Part shown: one piece after another, positions 9,268 to 18,528 of the stretch | Layout: each line of letters starts with the position of its first letter | How positions within the stretch are numbered: the first letter of the stretch is position 1 | From: Candidatus Nanoarchaeia archaeon | Lineage (GTDB): Archaea; Nanobdellota; Nanobdellia; Woesearchaeales; UBA525 | Assembly: GCA_028279755.1 (NCBI GenBank) | Contig: JANQNB010000018.1 | Span: 134,611-198,610, forward strand | Length of the DNA: 64,000 nucleotides | Reading direction: 5' to 3' | Position numbers and translations under genes: made by a program | The notes under the pieces: model-generated | Told to the model about the DNA's origin: nothing | Database searches by the model: none | The model's input: only the letters and a program-made list of their open reading frames with translations

Positions 9268-10572
9268 ATGAAAGGATTAACATTACTAGGAGGCGCTCTC
9301 GGTGCAGGAAAAACAACATTCCTTACCAACGTGCTTCTTGCAGATGGATTTACACCAAAAAGAGAAGGCATAATCGTCATGGACGCTGCCGGCAAGATTG
9401 ATTATTCCATACTAGAAAACTTGGCAGAGAGCAAGGGTGTGAGAATCGCCGACGCAACATCAGGATGTACTGTGTGCGATGGGCCGGAAAGCGCTATCAG
9501 GGAACTCGCAACAATGCAGGATCTTGACCACGTCGTCATTGAACTCTCAGGTCAGATGCCACTCACCACCATGATGAGAGGTCTCGCCTCAGAAGGAGTT
9601 GTAGATCCACAAACTTTCTACCTCCTCGACCCGAGGAACTTCACACTTGTGCAGGCGGCAGACGAAGTACCCTATGCGCACGTCATCGGGATCACAAAGA
9701 GCGATGTAACTCCCGATGTTGTTCGTCACGCACCAAATGCGAGAATAGTGAGAATCCATGAGCAAGGAGTATATACTTTGGATAAACTCTTTGAAGGAGT
9801 CGACACAGCACCTTTTGCAGTTGCGTCACACCATCACCACCATCACGGATCGAAGGGGATGGTCACAAAATGGTTTGGCAAAGTGCTGAACCCTTACCAT
9901 ACGGCTGATCAAATTGAAGCAATCATCAAATCCTTGGCTGGAAGATACGATCGCATCAAAGGCCACGTTGCACTCGATGCAGAGAGGATCCTCAGGCTCC
10001 ATACCGTATTCGGCGAATGCACATTCAAGGTTGAGCAGGACGCAAGTGCTGGCAATGGGACATTGCTCTTCGTAAACCAATCAGAGCGCTACTTCCCAGA
10101 AGCCCAGGCAGTAGAGGATGCACACCCGTTTATTGATAGTCCTGACATCGTTCCTGTTCTGAGACGAGGAAGTACACGTGAGAGCTTCGTCAATTATGTC
10201 GGCATGGCACTTGCAGCTCAGCAGTATGATGATGCAATGGGTGCAGCAGCGCAACTCCGCTACGAGCAGGAGGATGAATCCCTGGTCGTGGAAACACTCC
10301 CAGCATACGCCGAAGGCAAGCTGAAACTTATCCAAAGTGGTCAGCACTCCCGGTCTCAACGACTCCTCGAAGGAATGAGTGCCTTATGGTTCTTACAGGA
10401 GAACCCTGGCGTCGTCGAACCCACGATTCAGCATACTTTGGAGAGAATCTATTGTCGGGACTTCGCAGCAATGACTGGAGCCGACTGGAAAGAGATCGAG
10501 CGTGGGTCGGATCCGGAAGAGACAAGATGGTACATCAAGGATGTCCATCAGAAGATTCCGACAAGGTCGTAA
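9268..10572 (+). CDS. COG0523/CobW-type G3E metallochaperone GTPase with C-terminal helical extension
   Basis: GGALGAGKTT Walker A, SGCTVCDG, VVIELSG, His6 tract, CobW_C-like RIKG. Confidence 0.8.
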   Translation: MKGLTLLGGALGAGKTTFLTNVLLADGFTPKREGIIVMDAAGKIDYSILENLAESKGVRIADATSGCTVCDGPESAIRELATMQDLDHVVIELSGQMPLTTMMRGLASEGVVDPQTFYLLDPRNFTLVQAADEVPYAHVIGITKSDVTPDVVRHAPNARIVRIHEQGVYTLDKLFEGVDTAPFAVASHHHHHHGSKGMVTKWFGKVLNPYHTADQIEAIIKSLAGRYDRIKGHVALDAERILRLHTVFGECTFKVEQDASAGNGTLLFVNQSERYFPEAQAVEDAHPFIDSPDIVPVLRRGSTRESFVNYVGMALAAQQYDDAMGAAAQLRYEQEDESLVVETLPAYAEGKLKLIQSGQHSRSQRLLEGMSALWFLQENPGVVEPTIQHTLERIYCRDFAAMTGADWKEIERGSDPEETRWYIKDVHQKIPTRS

Positions 10573-10618
10573 GGATCGAGTTCTCTAGAAGAGCAAAAAG
10601 AAAGGGAAATACTTTAGT

Positions 10619-10651
10619 CTTATTGATAATGAGAATCAATAAGATTTATAA
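10619..10651. promoter_or_regulatory. Candidate Fur/Zur box: perfect 9-7-9 palindrome abutting a TATA box
   Basis: CTTATTGAT-AATGAGA-ATCAATAAG (10619..10643) followed by ATTTATAA. Confidence 0.7.
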
Positions 10652-10719
10652 CATACACATCATTTGAGGCGAGGGATAGAGATGATGCTATTGATTATTG
10701 AGAAATATACAAAGAAGAG

Positions 10720-11673
10720 GTGGATTCGATGAGAGTCGTCTTTCTCGGCAAAGGCGGGAGCGGGAAGACCTCACTCTCAGGCGCATTTATCGAGTTTGCC
10801 ACAAAAAAAGGGCCTGTGCTCGCAATCGACGCTGATGTGAATCGTCACCTCCCCTCATTCCTCGAGATCGAGAGAAAGAGAGATGTCGGAGATGCCTATG
10901 AAGAGGTTGCCTCCTATCTCTACGGGAAACGAGAGGATATCGAACAAAAACATATGGTCGCAACAACACCCCCCTCACGGAACTCACACTTCATTCGAGT
11001 GGAGAAGGATGATCCCTTCCTCAATCGCTTCTGCTCCAAGGGAGAAGGAACGCATCTCCTCGTCGTCGGCAACTACCATGAGAAGGATGTTGGGCACACG
11101 TGCTATCATGGGAAATTGAATGTTCTGGAGATGATCTATCACCACCTGCTCGACACTGAGGATGAGATAGTAGTTGCAGACGCAACAGCAGGAATCGACA
11201 ATATCGGGACATCGCTCTACTTCTGCTACGATCTCTCAGTTTTCGTCGTCGAGCCGACTATAAGGAGCATCGAGGTCTGCAAGGAGTATCTCGCTCTCGC
11301 AGAGCAGAACGAAGTGGCAGTGGCCATTGTTGGAAACAAGATTGAGACGCCTGAAGACGAGCAGTTCATCGAACGAGAACTCGAGGGCGCAAGGATTCTC
11401 TGCCACATTCCCTATACACAGGAGTTGAAAGCGTACGAACAGGGCGATCTCTCTGCAAAGGAGCGCTTTTCGTCGATGGTCGTACCACAGATGGAGATCA
11501 TCCGCAACGCACTTGCAGAAGAGAAAAGAGATTGGAACGCCTATTATGAGCGGCTCCTCAAGACCCATAAAGTGAACAGCATCGAATGGTGGGACTCCTA
11601 TTACGGCGAACCTATCTCCGAGCAGCAGGATCCGACATTCACCTATCAAGAAGTAATGGAGGGAAAGAAATGA
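10720..11673 (+). CDS. CooC-like (MinD/ParA class) P-loop ATPase
   Basis: GKGGSGKTS, AIDADVN, GHTCYHG at the position of the CooC CxC motif, ADATAG, VGNK. Confidence 0.8.
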   Translation: MDSMRVVFLGKGGSGKTSLSGAFIEFATKKGPVLAIDADVNRHLPSFLEIERKRDVGDAYEEVASYLYGKREDIEQKHMVATTPPSRNSHFIRVEKDDPFLNRFCSKGEGTHLLVVGNYHEKDVGHTCYHGKLNVLEMIYHHLLDTEDEIVVADATAGIDNIGTSLYFCYDLSVFVVEPTIRSIEVCKEYLALAEQNEVAVAIVGNKIETPEDEQFIERELEGARILCHIPYTQELKAYEQGDLSAKERFSSMVVPQMEIIRNALAEEKRDWNAYYERLLKTHKVNSIEWWDSYYGEPISEQQDPTFTYQEVMEGKK

Positions 11674-13100
11674 AGATAGAGGCGAAAAGCTCAGAGCTGC
11701 TCCGAACCCTCCTTGAGAAGAAGGACTTCCTCTTCGAAGCAGCCAGCCTTCACCAAGGACCAGTCCATCTCCTCCTCCCAGAGCAGCTTTCACGCAATGT
11801 CGAAGAGGTGAAGAGTCTCCTAGAAGAGTTTGACTGTATCAATCATATCTTCTTCGCTCACAAGTCAACAAAGTCGTTGGCCCTGCTCAAAGAGGCCCGG
11901 TTTGCCGGCATCAATCTCGACGTCGCCTCTCTCGGCGAGTTGACCAATGGACTTCGCGCAGGATTCACCGGGACGCAGATCGAGTGCACAGGTCCCAAAT
12001 CCTCTGAGTATCTCGAGGCAGCATTGCTCCATGGCTGCGCAATAAGCGTTGATTCACTCTCCGAGCTTCAGAAAATCGTACGTTTCACAAAGAGATTGCC
12101 GATCAAGCAAGCATCCATTCTGCTCAGGATTGGAGATCTCTCTCCCACTCATAAGGTACTCAAGAAAAGGGATTCGCTGTTCGGCCTTCCGAGGACAGCG
12201 CTTCCCGAAGCCTATGCTATGCTGAAGGAGAATCCGCATATCACTTTCAAAGGAGTCCACTTTCACAATGACGTACGCGATGCTGAGACACAGGCAGGCA
12301 CACTCTTATGCGCGATTGATATCCTCGTAGAGGCGATACAGCAGGGCTTTGAACCAACCATCATCAACATCGGCGGCGGATTGCGGACCGCCCAATTTGC
12401 AAACAAGCAACAAGTGCGGGCGTTTATCCAGCATCTGGAAGAAGGAGTCTCCAAACAAGAGCCTCTTGAGACCTGGCGCAATTACTCATATGGTATCTAC
12501 CTGAATCAACGCGGAACCATCTCGGGAAGGAAAGGACTGAGCGGAAAAATTGAAGTTCCTGAATACACCTCATTTCTTCGAGCCCTGCTCACAACACAAG
12601 GGAGAGATGGACGTCCACTCCTGGAGTTCATGGCCGAGAATATGATCGACCTCGCTCTCGAACCCGGCTTTCTTCTCTCCCAACAATGTGGACTGACACT
12701 TCTCCGTGTCGAGTCGGTCAACCAAGGAGCTGAAGGAAGACTCATCGTCAAGGTGGCAGGAAACATGTACAATCTCTCCTCTCAGATGGTGGAGCAGTTG
12801 ACAGACCCGATTCTCATCTCCAAAACAAAAGAGAAGAGCCCGTGCAGTGCTTTGATTGCAGGAAACCTGTGCAGAGAAGAAGATATGCTCTCGAAACGGT
12901 TCATTCCTTTTGAGCAGCGACCAAAGCAAGGAGACCTCATCTGTTTTCTGAACACCGCAGCGTACGCGGGAGGTTTCGAAGACGGAACGCCAATCCTGCA
13001 ACCAGAAGGAAAGCGCTTTGTCGTCACATTCAAGGATGGAAAGCCAACCCTTCTTTCAGAGGAGCTCTACTCTCCCTGGGAGGAACGAGATGATCTATAA
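11670..13100 (+). CDS. Type III PLP-dependent decarboxylase (DAP-decarboxylase/Y4yA-like)
   Basis: FAHKS (PLP Lys), DVASLGEL, GVHFH, INIGGG, LEPG, GNLCREED, NTAAY; ATGA overlap with the upstream gene. Confidence 0.85.
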   Translation: MKIEAKSSELLRTLLEKKDFLFEAASLHQGPVHLLLPEQLSRNVEEVKSLLEEFDCINHIFFAHKSTKSLALLKEARFAGINLDVASLGELTNGLRAGFTGTQIECTGPKSSEYLEAALLHGCAISVDSLSELQKIVRFTKRLPIKQASILLRIGDLSPTHKVLKKRDSLFGLPRTALPEAYAMLKENPHITFKGVHFHNDVRDAETQAGTLLCAIDILVEAIQQGFEPTIINIGGGLRTAQFANKQQVRAFIQHLEEGVSKQEPLETWRNYSYGIYLNQRGTISGRKGLSGKIEVPEYTSFLRALLTTQGRDGRPLLEFMAENMIDLALEPGFLLSQQCGLTLLRVESVNQGAEGRLIVKVAGNMYNLSSQMVEQLTDPILISKTKEKSPCSALIAGNLCREEDMLSKRFIPFEQRPKQGDLICFLNTAAYAGGFEDGTPILQPEGKRFVVTFKDGKPTLLSEELYSPWEERDDL

Positions 13101-14400
13101 CTCTCCTTTCGAGCTGATCGGGAATACTCCCCTCCTGCTTATCCCTGAAGAGGTGCATGGGCTGCCAAAGACGAAAGTCTATGCAAAGCTCGAGTATATG
13201 AACCCGTTTGGCTCGCTCAAGGACCGGATTGCTCAGGGGATGCTCGAACCCCATCTCGATATGCTCAAGGAGAAGGGATTGACAGTGCTTGAGGCATCGA
13301 GCGGCAATACTGCCAAGGCTCTCTGCATCCTCTCAGGATGCTTGGGAGTGCCATTCAAGACCGTCACCAACAGGATCAAAGTGCCCGGAATTCGAATGAT
13401 GCTCCAGACCCTCGGCGCTGAAATCGAAGAATTGCCCGGTCTCAGTGACTGTCCTGATCCGCTTGATCCGAACGATTATACGACAGTGGCATCCAATCTG
13501 GCCAAGAGCCATCCTGACAAGTATTTCTATACTGATCAATACTTCAATGAGCGAAATAGGGGAAGTCAAGAGTCGACAGGAGAGGAGATAGCTGCAGATC
13601 TCGAACGCGTCGATCACTTCTTTGCCTGCCTCGGTACTTGTGGTTCGTCGATGGGCGCCGGCAAGGTCCTGAAGGAGCGAATGGAGGATATCAAGATTCA
13701 TGGTGTTGTCGCCGCTGCTGGCCACCATCTTCCTGGTGGGAGGAACATGGAGGAACTCTGGGAGGTCGGCTTCTTCAGAAAGGATTTCTACTCATCAATT
13801 GAGAGCGGGACGACCCAAGAGGCCATTGATGCTATGCTTGAACTGAACAGGCGATGCGGCATGCTCTGTGGTCCAACAACAGGCCTCACCTACCATGCAC
13901 TCAAAGAGGCGTTGAAGCAAGTCCCAAGCGAGAAGGAGCGTGTTGCAGTTTTTATCGCGTGCGATAGAATCGATCCCTACATGCAGTACCTGAAGCAACA
14001 CCGTCCGGAGCTCTTCTCAAAAACTGGATCGGTGAGACCCACTGTGGATGGCCAAGCTGTCGAGGAGGTGATGCATACAGAGGAGATGACACCGGAGAAA
14101 CTGAAACAGATGCTTGATCAGGTTCTCCTCATAGATATTCGCGGTAATTTTGCCTTCCATCGTGGACATATTCCTGGCTCAATCAACATCCTGAACGAGG
14201 TCTTCACAATGATCGTCGAAGAGGGACCATCATTCCCAGAAAGGAAGATTGTCATCGTCTGTCCGAACGGCACCCTTTCCAAGAAGTACGCTTCCTTCCT
14301 CTCAGAACAGGGGTATGAAGCATACTCGGTAAAAAAAGGACTGCTCGGATGGAGAAAGGCAGGTTTCGCTCTCGAGAAGAGCAAGGAGTTGGGAGGATGA
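13090..14400 (+). CDS. Cysteine synthase-like type II PLP enzyme fused to a C-terminal rhodanese domain
   Basis: IGNTPL, AKLEYMNPFGSLKDR, EASSGNT, GTCGS; rhodanese IDIR...GHIPGSINI...CPNGTLS...GLLGW. Confidence 0.88.
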   Translation: MIYNSPFELIGNTPLLLIPEEVHGLPKTKVYAKLEYMNPFGSLKDRIAQGMLEPHLDMLKEKGLTVLEASSGNTAKALCILSGCLGVPFKTVTNRIKVPGIRMMLQTLGAEIEELPGLSDCPDPLDPNDYTTVASNLAKSHPDKYFYTDQYFNERNRGSQESTGEEIAADLERVDHFFACLGTCGSSMGAGKVLKERMEDIKIHGVVAAAGHHLPGGRNMEELWEVGFFRKDFYSSIESGTTQEAIDAMLELNRRCGMLCGPTTGLTYHALKEALKQVPSEKERVAVFIACDRIDPYMQYLKQHRPELFSKTGSVRPTVDGQAVEEVMHTEEMTPEKLKQMLDQVLLIDIRGNFAFHRGHIPGSINILNEVFTMIVEEGPSFPERKIVIVCPNGTLSKKYASFLSEQGYEAYSVKKGLLGWRKAGFALEKSKELGG

Positions 14401-14990
14401 TGCAACCGTTGAAGAAGGTGTTGGCACTCACGATCCTTCCTTTCTTGTTGCTTCTAGAGTTGACTCCTCTCGTTCGGAACAGCGTGCTCGCGTTTTTCGG
14501 AGGTGTTCTCATCCTGATTTTCGCGCCGCAGCTGATAGTTTTTGCAGTCTTCCTCTTCCTTGTCATCTTTATACAATTCCTCAACATGGCGATCGAGCCG
14601 ATTAGCTATCTTGGCATAGAGCTGGGCTACTTCTTCACTTTCATGTCAGGCTACCTCTTCGGCCCAATGTCTGGCTTCTGGTTCGGCGTTCTCTTCCTCA
14701 TCGCGCATCTTGTCCAACAATTACAGTGGGAATCCAACCCCTTCGATCTCCTTTTCAAAATCTTCGGCATTCCCGGCCTCGGTTACCTAGCAGGTTTGGT
14801 CAGCGGTATTAATGTAGTCTTCGCTGGCACGACTGCTGTAGTCGGTATCGCGATAGCCATTTTCATCATCAACATGTTGAGCAGTTTCGAGTCTGATCTG
14901 ACTGTTTTCTTTTGGTGCGTCGGTTTGGTCTTCTTCAACTTTATCCTGTTCAAAAGCCTTGCCCCGGTTATGACTGGCTTGCTCGGATAA
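14397..14990 (+). CDS. Multi-pass membrane protein, ECF S-component-like
   Basis: About 6 hydrophobic helices; SGYLFGPMSGFWFG resembles the ECF S-component G-x-x-FGP-x-x-G pattern; translationally coupled. Confidence 0.5.
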   Translation: MMQPLKKVLALTILPFLLLLELTPLVRNSVLAFFGGVLILIFAPQLIVFAVFLFLVIFIQFLNMAIEPISYLGIELGYFFTFMSGYLFGPMSGFWFGVLFLIAHLVQQLQWESNPFDLLFKIFGIPGLGYLAGLVSGINVVFAGTTAVVGIAIAIFIINMLSSFESDLTVFFWCVGLVFFNFILFKSLAPVMTGLLG

Positions 14991-15259
14991 ACGAGGCGTC
15001 ACCGTCGCAGCGGCGCTTTCACACATCCTCTGACATTATTTTATAAACAAAAACGTATCCTTCCTGGTGGGGGCATAAGGGGGATCTTGCACCCCACAGT
15101 ATTAGCATTCCAAGAATTTATCGAGGAACGCTGTTTGATCTCCTTCAATATTGCCATACATCTGCGATGCCGAATTTTTTTAAAAGCCTTATCTTTGACC
15201 TATCACTGCGCAAGGCTTTTAAACCCATTTCTTGTTCCACGGCCCGGAGTTGTTTTTTT

Positions 15260-16312
15260 ATGCCTGTCACTGACAAAGAGCTCACAGAGATTAAAGCCGC
15301 ACTCGATGCGAGCGCCCGGCCGTTATTCTTCTTCGACGATGATTGCGACGGCGTCACAAGCTTTGTGCAGCTCTACCGATACAAGAAGGACGGACGCGGC
15401 GTGCCGGTGAAGGCAAGTCCGGTACTTGAGGAGAAGTACGTGCGCAAGGTGGAGGAATACGAGCCAGACCTGATCATCATCATGGACAAGCCAGTCGTGG
15501 AGGAAGAATTCTTCGACAAGGTGCAGACGCCGATCATCTGGCTGGACCATCACAAGCCCCACGACGTCAGCAAGTGGAAGAACGTCTCATATTACAATCC
15601 ACGAATCCACGACGACAAGGACAACTTGCCAACAACGTACTGGGCGTACAAGCTGGTCGGCGGTCCCTTATGGTTGGCAACTGTCGGCGCGGTCGCTGAC
15701 TGGCACCTCCCTGACTATCTCGACGCATTCAAGGAAGAGTACGGGGACTTGCTGCCGCCAGCATACAACAAGGTGGAAGATCTCTTGTTCAACGAGGAGA
15801 GCAAGGTCGGCAAGCTCGCCAGGATCATCAGCTTCAACCTGAAAGGCACGGTCGGCGACACGATGAAAAGTGTGCTTGTCTTGACTCGGATAGAGACTCC
15901 TTACGAGATCCTCGGGCAGACAACACCGCGCGGCAAATACCTGTTCAAAAAATATCAACGCCTGGCTGATAAGTACGATGCCCTGTTGCTGCGGGCAAAA
16001 GAGGAGTTCAATGAGAACGATCCCATCCTGCTCTTCACCTATGAAGACGACCAGATGAGCCTGACAAGCGACCTGAGCAACGAATTATTGTACCTCTATC
16101 CTGAACACTTGATCATGATCGCCCGCAAACATAACGGTGAATACAAATACTCGTTGCGCAGCGCAGGCAAATACGCGATCCCGCCCATGCTCGAGAAAGC
16201 GCTTGAAGGCGTTGAGGGCTATGGTGGCGGACACACCTATGCCTGCGGCGGCTGCGTGAAAGAACGCGATAATGAGAAATTCGTCGAAGCGATCCGCGCG
16301 GAGCTCAAATAA
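15260..16312 (+). CDS. DHH/DHHA1 family phosphoesterase
   Basis: DDDCDG, IMD, WLDHH, YSLRS, GGGHTYACG. Confidence 0.9.
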   Translation: MPVTDKELTEIKAALDASARPLFFFDDDCDGVTSFVQLYRYKKDGRGVPVKASPVLEEKYVRKVEEYEPDLIIIMDKPVVEEEFFDKVQTPIIWLDHHKPHDVSKWKNVSYYNPRIHDDKDNLPTTYWAYKLVGGPLWLATVGAVADWHLPDYLDAFKEEYGDLLPPAYNKVEDLLFNEESKVGKLARIISFNLKGTVGDTMKSVLVLTRIETPYEILGQTTPRGKYLFKKYQRLADKYDALLLRAKEEFNENDPILLFTYEDDQMSLTSDLSNELLYLYPEHLIMIARKHNGEYKYSLRSAGKYAIPPMLEKALEGVEGYGGGHTYACGGCVKERDNEKFVEAIRAELK

Positions 16313-16343
16313 TCATAAATAGTATTTCTTCCAGATTTCTGTC

Positions 16344-16616
16344 ATGAAGACCCTTCGTCTCATCCTCCACGGCCGCGTGCAAGGCGTGACCTACCGCTGG
16401 TTCACACGGAGAGCAGCGCAGAAGCATGGGGTGCAGGGCTTTGCCCGGAATCTTCCTGACGGCACGCTCGAGATTGTTGCGCAAGGCAGTGACGAGGATC
16501 TTGCGCCGTTCCTTGCCGAGGTGAAGAAAGGCCCGATGTGGGCGCGCGTCGACAAGATCGTTGAGACGAAAGCGCTTGCAGAAGACTTCGACGATTTTGA
16601 TGTCAGATGGTGGTGA
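16344..16616 (+). CDS. acyP: Acylphosphatase
   Basis: GRVQGVTYR, GFARNLPDGTLEIVAQG. Confidence 0.95.
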   Translation: MKTLRLILHGRVQGVTYRWFTRRAAQKHGVQGFARNLPDGTLEIVAQGSDEDLAPFLAEVKKGPMWARVDKIVETKALAEDFDDFDVRWW

Positions 16617-17373
16617 GCAAATCAGACAACTGCTCTCGGGATCTCGCTAACCATTCCGGTCGCACGCACTCGAGCATATACGGACCATCAAAGCCACGTC
16701 CTTTCAAGGACTTCAGATGTGGAGTGAAGGTGATTTCGCCCTCGCCGATAGAGCGATGTTGGTCGACGCCACGAAAGGTGTCTGTCACATGCACTTCTTC
16801 AGGCTTGAACGCTGAATAATCACGGCAGTGCATTTCCGCATGCGCGATATCGTAGCAGAATCCTACAGGAAGATGTTCCATGATGTACTGGATCTCTTCA
16901 GGTGTGTTCCCCAGCTCGTTCTCACCACCAGTATTCTCGATGAGGACTCTCGGTGCTCCTCGCTGCGTCAGCAATGGCTCCACCCGTCGGATAAACAGAT
17001 CGAGCAGAGCCAATCTGCTCGGGCTGTCTACACCCATCCGGTAGCCGAGCATCGCCTCGCCTGCATGCATGACAACCTGTGCGCATTCAAGGTCAGCAGC
17101 CACGTACAGCGAGGCTTTGAGCATGTCAAGATGCGGCTGTGCTCGCAATATGCTTGGATGCGCAGGCGCGAAGGCTATGAATGGCGCGTGCATCGTGTAG
17201 GTGAGGTCTGTTCCTGACCTGATTCGTTTCAGCGCCCTCCGCTCCTCGAGCGTGAAATCTCCAGGCTTTTCAAACATGAGTTCTATGAGATCGAATCCGA
17301 GCTCATCGAGTGTGCGGACAGCATTGACTTGCGAGCCGTTCATGCCGAAAAACGTGGATGCGCCGATGTGCAT
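16603..17373 (-). CDS. Sugar-phosphate isomerase/epimerase (AP endonuclease 2-type TIM barrel)
   Basis: MHAPF, VVMHAG, LIENT, CYDIAHA, HVTD, HRSIGEG. Confidence 0.8.
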   Translation of the reverse strand: MHIGASTFFGMNGSQVNAVRTLDELGFDLIELMFEKPGDFTLEERRALKRIRSGTDLTYTMHAPFIAFAPAHPSILRAQPHLDMLKASLYVAADLECAQVVMHAGEAMLGYRMGVDSPSRLALLDLFIRRVEPLLTQRGAPRVLIENTGGENELGNTPEEIQYIMEHLPVGFCYDIAHAEMHCRDYSAFKPEEVHVTDTFRGVDQHRSIGEGEITFTPHLKSLKGRGFDGPYMLECVRPEWLARSREQLSDLLTTI

Positions 17374-17471
17374 GCGTGGCGAAACCCTGGCCAGTTTTTA
17401 TTATTTATTATAAAGTGATGACAAGCACGCGAATCTTTTAAAAAGACCTCTTGTTCTCCAGCGCTTGCACT

Positions 17472-17540
17472 GAGGGGGTGCCGACAACCTCACGCGTTCC
17501 GCGTTCGGAGCCGCCACTCCCTCTCGGTGCTACGCACCTC
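17472..17540 (-). repeat. tRNA 5' leader: direct copy, hairpin, inverted copy, hairpin (GA hairpins on the minus strand)
   Basis: GAGGGGGTGCCG at 17472..17483 equals the first 12 nt of the tRNA; CGCCACTCCCTC at 17512..17523 is its near complement. Confidence 0.85.
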
Positions 17541-17624
17541 GAGGGGGTGCCGGAGTGGTCAAACGGGCTGGGTTCAGGACCCAGTAGCTTAGTGCTTGCG
17601 CGGGTTCGAACCCCGTCCCCCTCA
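17541..17624 (+). tRNA. tRNA-Leu(CAG)
   Basis: GAGGGGG/CCCCCTC-A acceptor, CTGGG-TTCAGGA-CCCAG anticodon arm, long variable arm, GGTTCGAACC. Confidence 0.95.
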
Positions 17625-17679
17625 TACGAAGTAGAAGGGGGACGGTCCCGAACGCTAGTGAGGATATCGTCCCCCTCAT
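17625..17679 (+). repeat. tRNA 3' trailer: inverted then direct copy of the tRNA 3' end
   Basis: CGTCCCCCTCAT at 17614..17625 recurs at 17668..17679, with GAAGGGGGACGG and CCGAACGCTAGTGAGG between. Confidence 0.85.
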
Positions 17680-18395
17680 CATTCCTTTCTAGAAATGGTA
17701 CCTATCAGTGCTTTATGGTCGCTCACGCCGTCGATGACCTGCACGTCGCTGACACGGTAGTGCTTTGTCGAGAAGATGCTGTCGACAGCGAGCTGCAGGC
17801 CAGGCTTGCGATGCAGTTTCGGATCAAGGGTCGATTCCACGTCTGCTGGCAAGTTGTCTGTATAGTGCTCAGCGAGCTTCGTGAAGATCTCCCTGCCGCG
17901 CGGCGCGTTGAAATCGCCGCAGAGCACGAGCTCTTCCGGCGCGAAGCTGAGCAGCTTGGCCAAGGCCACGCGCTGCTTGTCATTCGCCTCGCCGTCGGGC
18001 GTCCAGGTGAAATGCGTCGTGCCGATGGTGAACGACTCGCCGTCTTTCCTGACTGTGGTGAACGCCAGCATGCGATCCTCGTCATCAGGATGTAAGTGCT
18101 CAGGCGCAGTCCCAGTGCCGACGTAGAACTTGATGGTGATCGGGTCGTGCTCGAGCGCTGTGAAGTATGCGAGCCCTTGCACGCCGCGAGCCTCCGCACT
18201 GAACTCGTTGACTCCGCTCTTTGTATGCATTGCCACGAAATGGCCCTCGCAGCCGATCGCCGCTGCGAGCTTCGGCATGTCTTCCTTGAACACTTCCTGG
18301 AGGCACACGACATCTGCAGAGTGCTGTTTGAGAAAAGGAAGCACGCGCTCGAGATGCATGCCGCCTTCGATGTTCAGGCAGAGGAGGGTGATCAT
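17679..18395 (-). CDS. Endonuclease/exonuclease/phosphatase (EEP) family protein
   Basis: LNIE, DVVCLQEV, TTHF, LCGDFN, VDSIF, SDH. Confidence 0.9.
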   Translation of the reverse strand: MITLLCLNIEGGMHLERVLPFLKQHSADVVCLQEVFKEDMPKLAAAIGCEGHFVAMHTKSGVNEFSAEARGVQGLAYFTALEHDPITIKFYVGTGTAPEHLHPDDEDRMLAFTTVRKDGESFTIGTTHFTWTPDGEANDKQRVALAKLLSFAPEELVLCGDFNAPRGREIFTKLAEHYTDNLPADVESTLDPKLHRKPGLQLAVDSIFSTKHYRVSDVQVIDGVSDHKALIGTISRKE

Positions 18396-18448
18396 GCTGA
18401 GAATTCTTTTGCAAATGAATATAAAGCTTTGCCTGATCGCTCACAAGG

Positions 18449-18528
18449 ACGCAGCCGTGGTGCAGTAGTTCAGCGTCGCTACCCTGGGAAGCAGGGGTTT
18501 CGGCGCTTCGCACCTCAAGCCCCTTAAC
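18449..18528. repeat. Duplicated tRNA-Gly 5' segment plus a ~58-bp conserved element shared with the tRNA-Pro leader
   Basis: ACGCAGCCGTGGTGCAGT at 18449 and 18527; TCAGCGTCGCTACCCTGGGAAGCAGGGGTTTC...TCAAGCCCCTTAA between them. Confidence 0.88.

Noticed and set aside
8656-14990. Integrated provirus or ICE at tRNA-Glu
   Set aside because: No integrase or viral genes, and the tRNA 3' duplicate lies only 63 bp away, so it does not bound the cluster.
15179-15223. 12-bp inverted repeat TTTAAAAGCCTT...AAGGCTTTTAAA
   Set aside because: Best explained as BRE/TATA-like promoter elements; no transposase or target duplication, and nearby small ORFs are unconvincing.
18451-18527. Second complete tRNA or split-tRNA half upstream of tRNA-Gly and tRNA-Pro
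   Set aside because: The duplicates stop at the D-arm with no anticodon or T-arm, and the intact tRNA follows; no trans-splicing partner was seen in the window.
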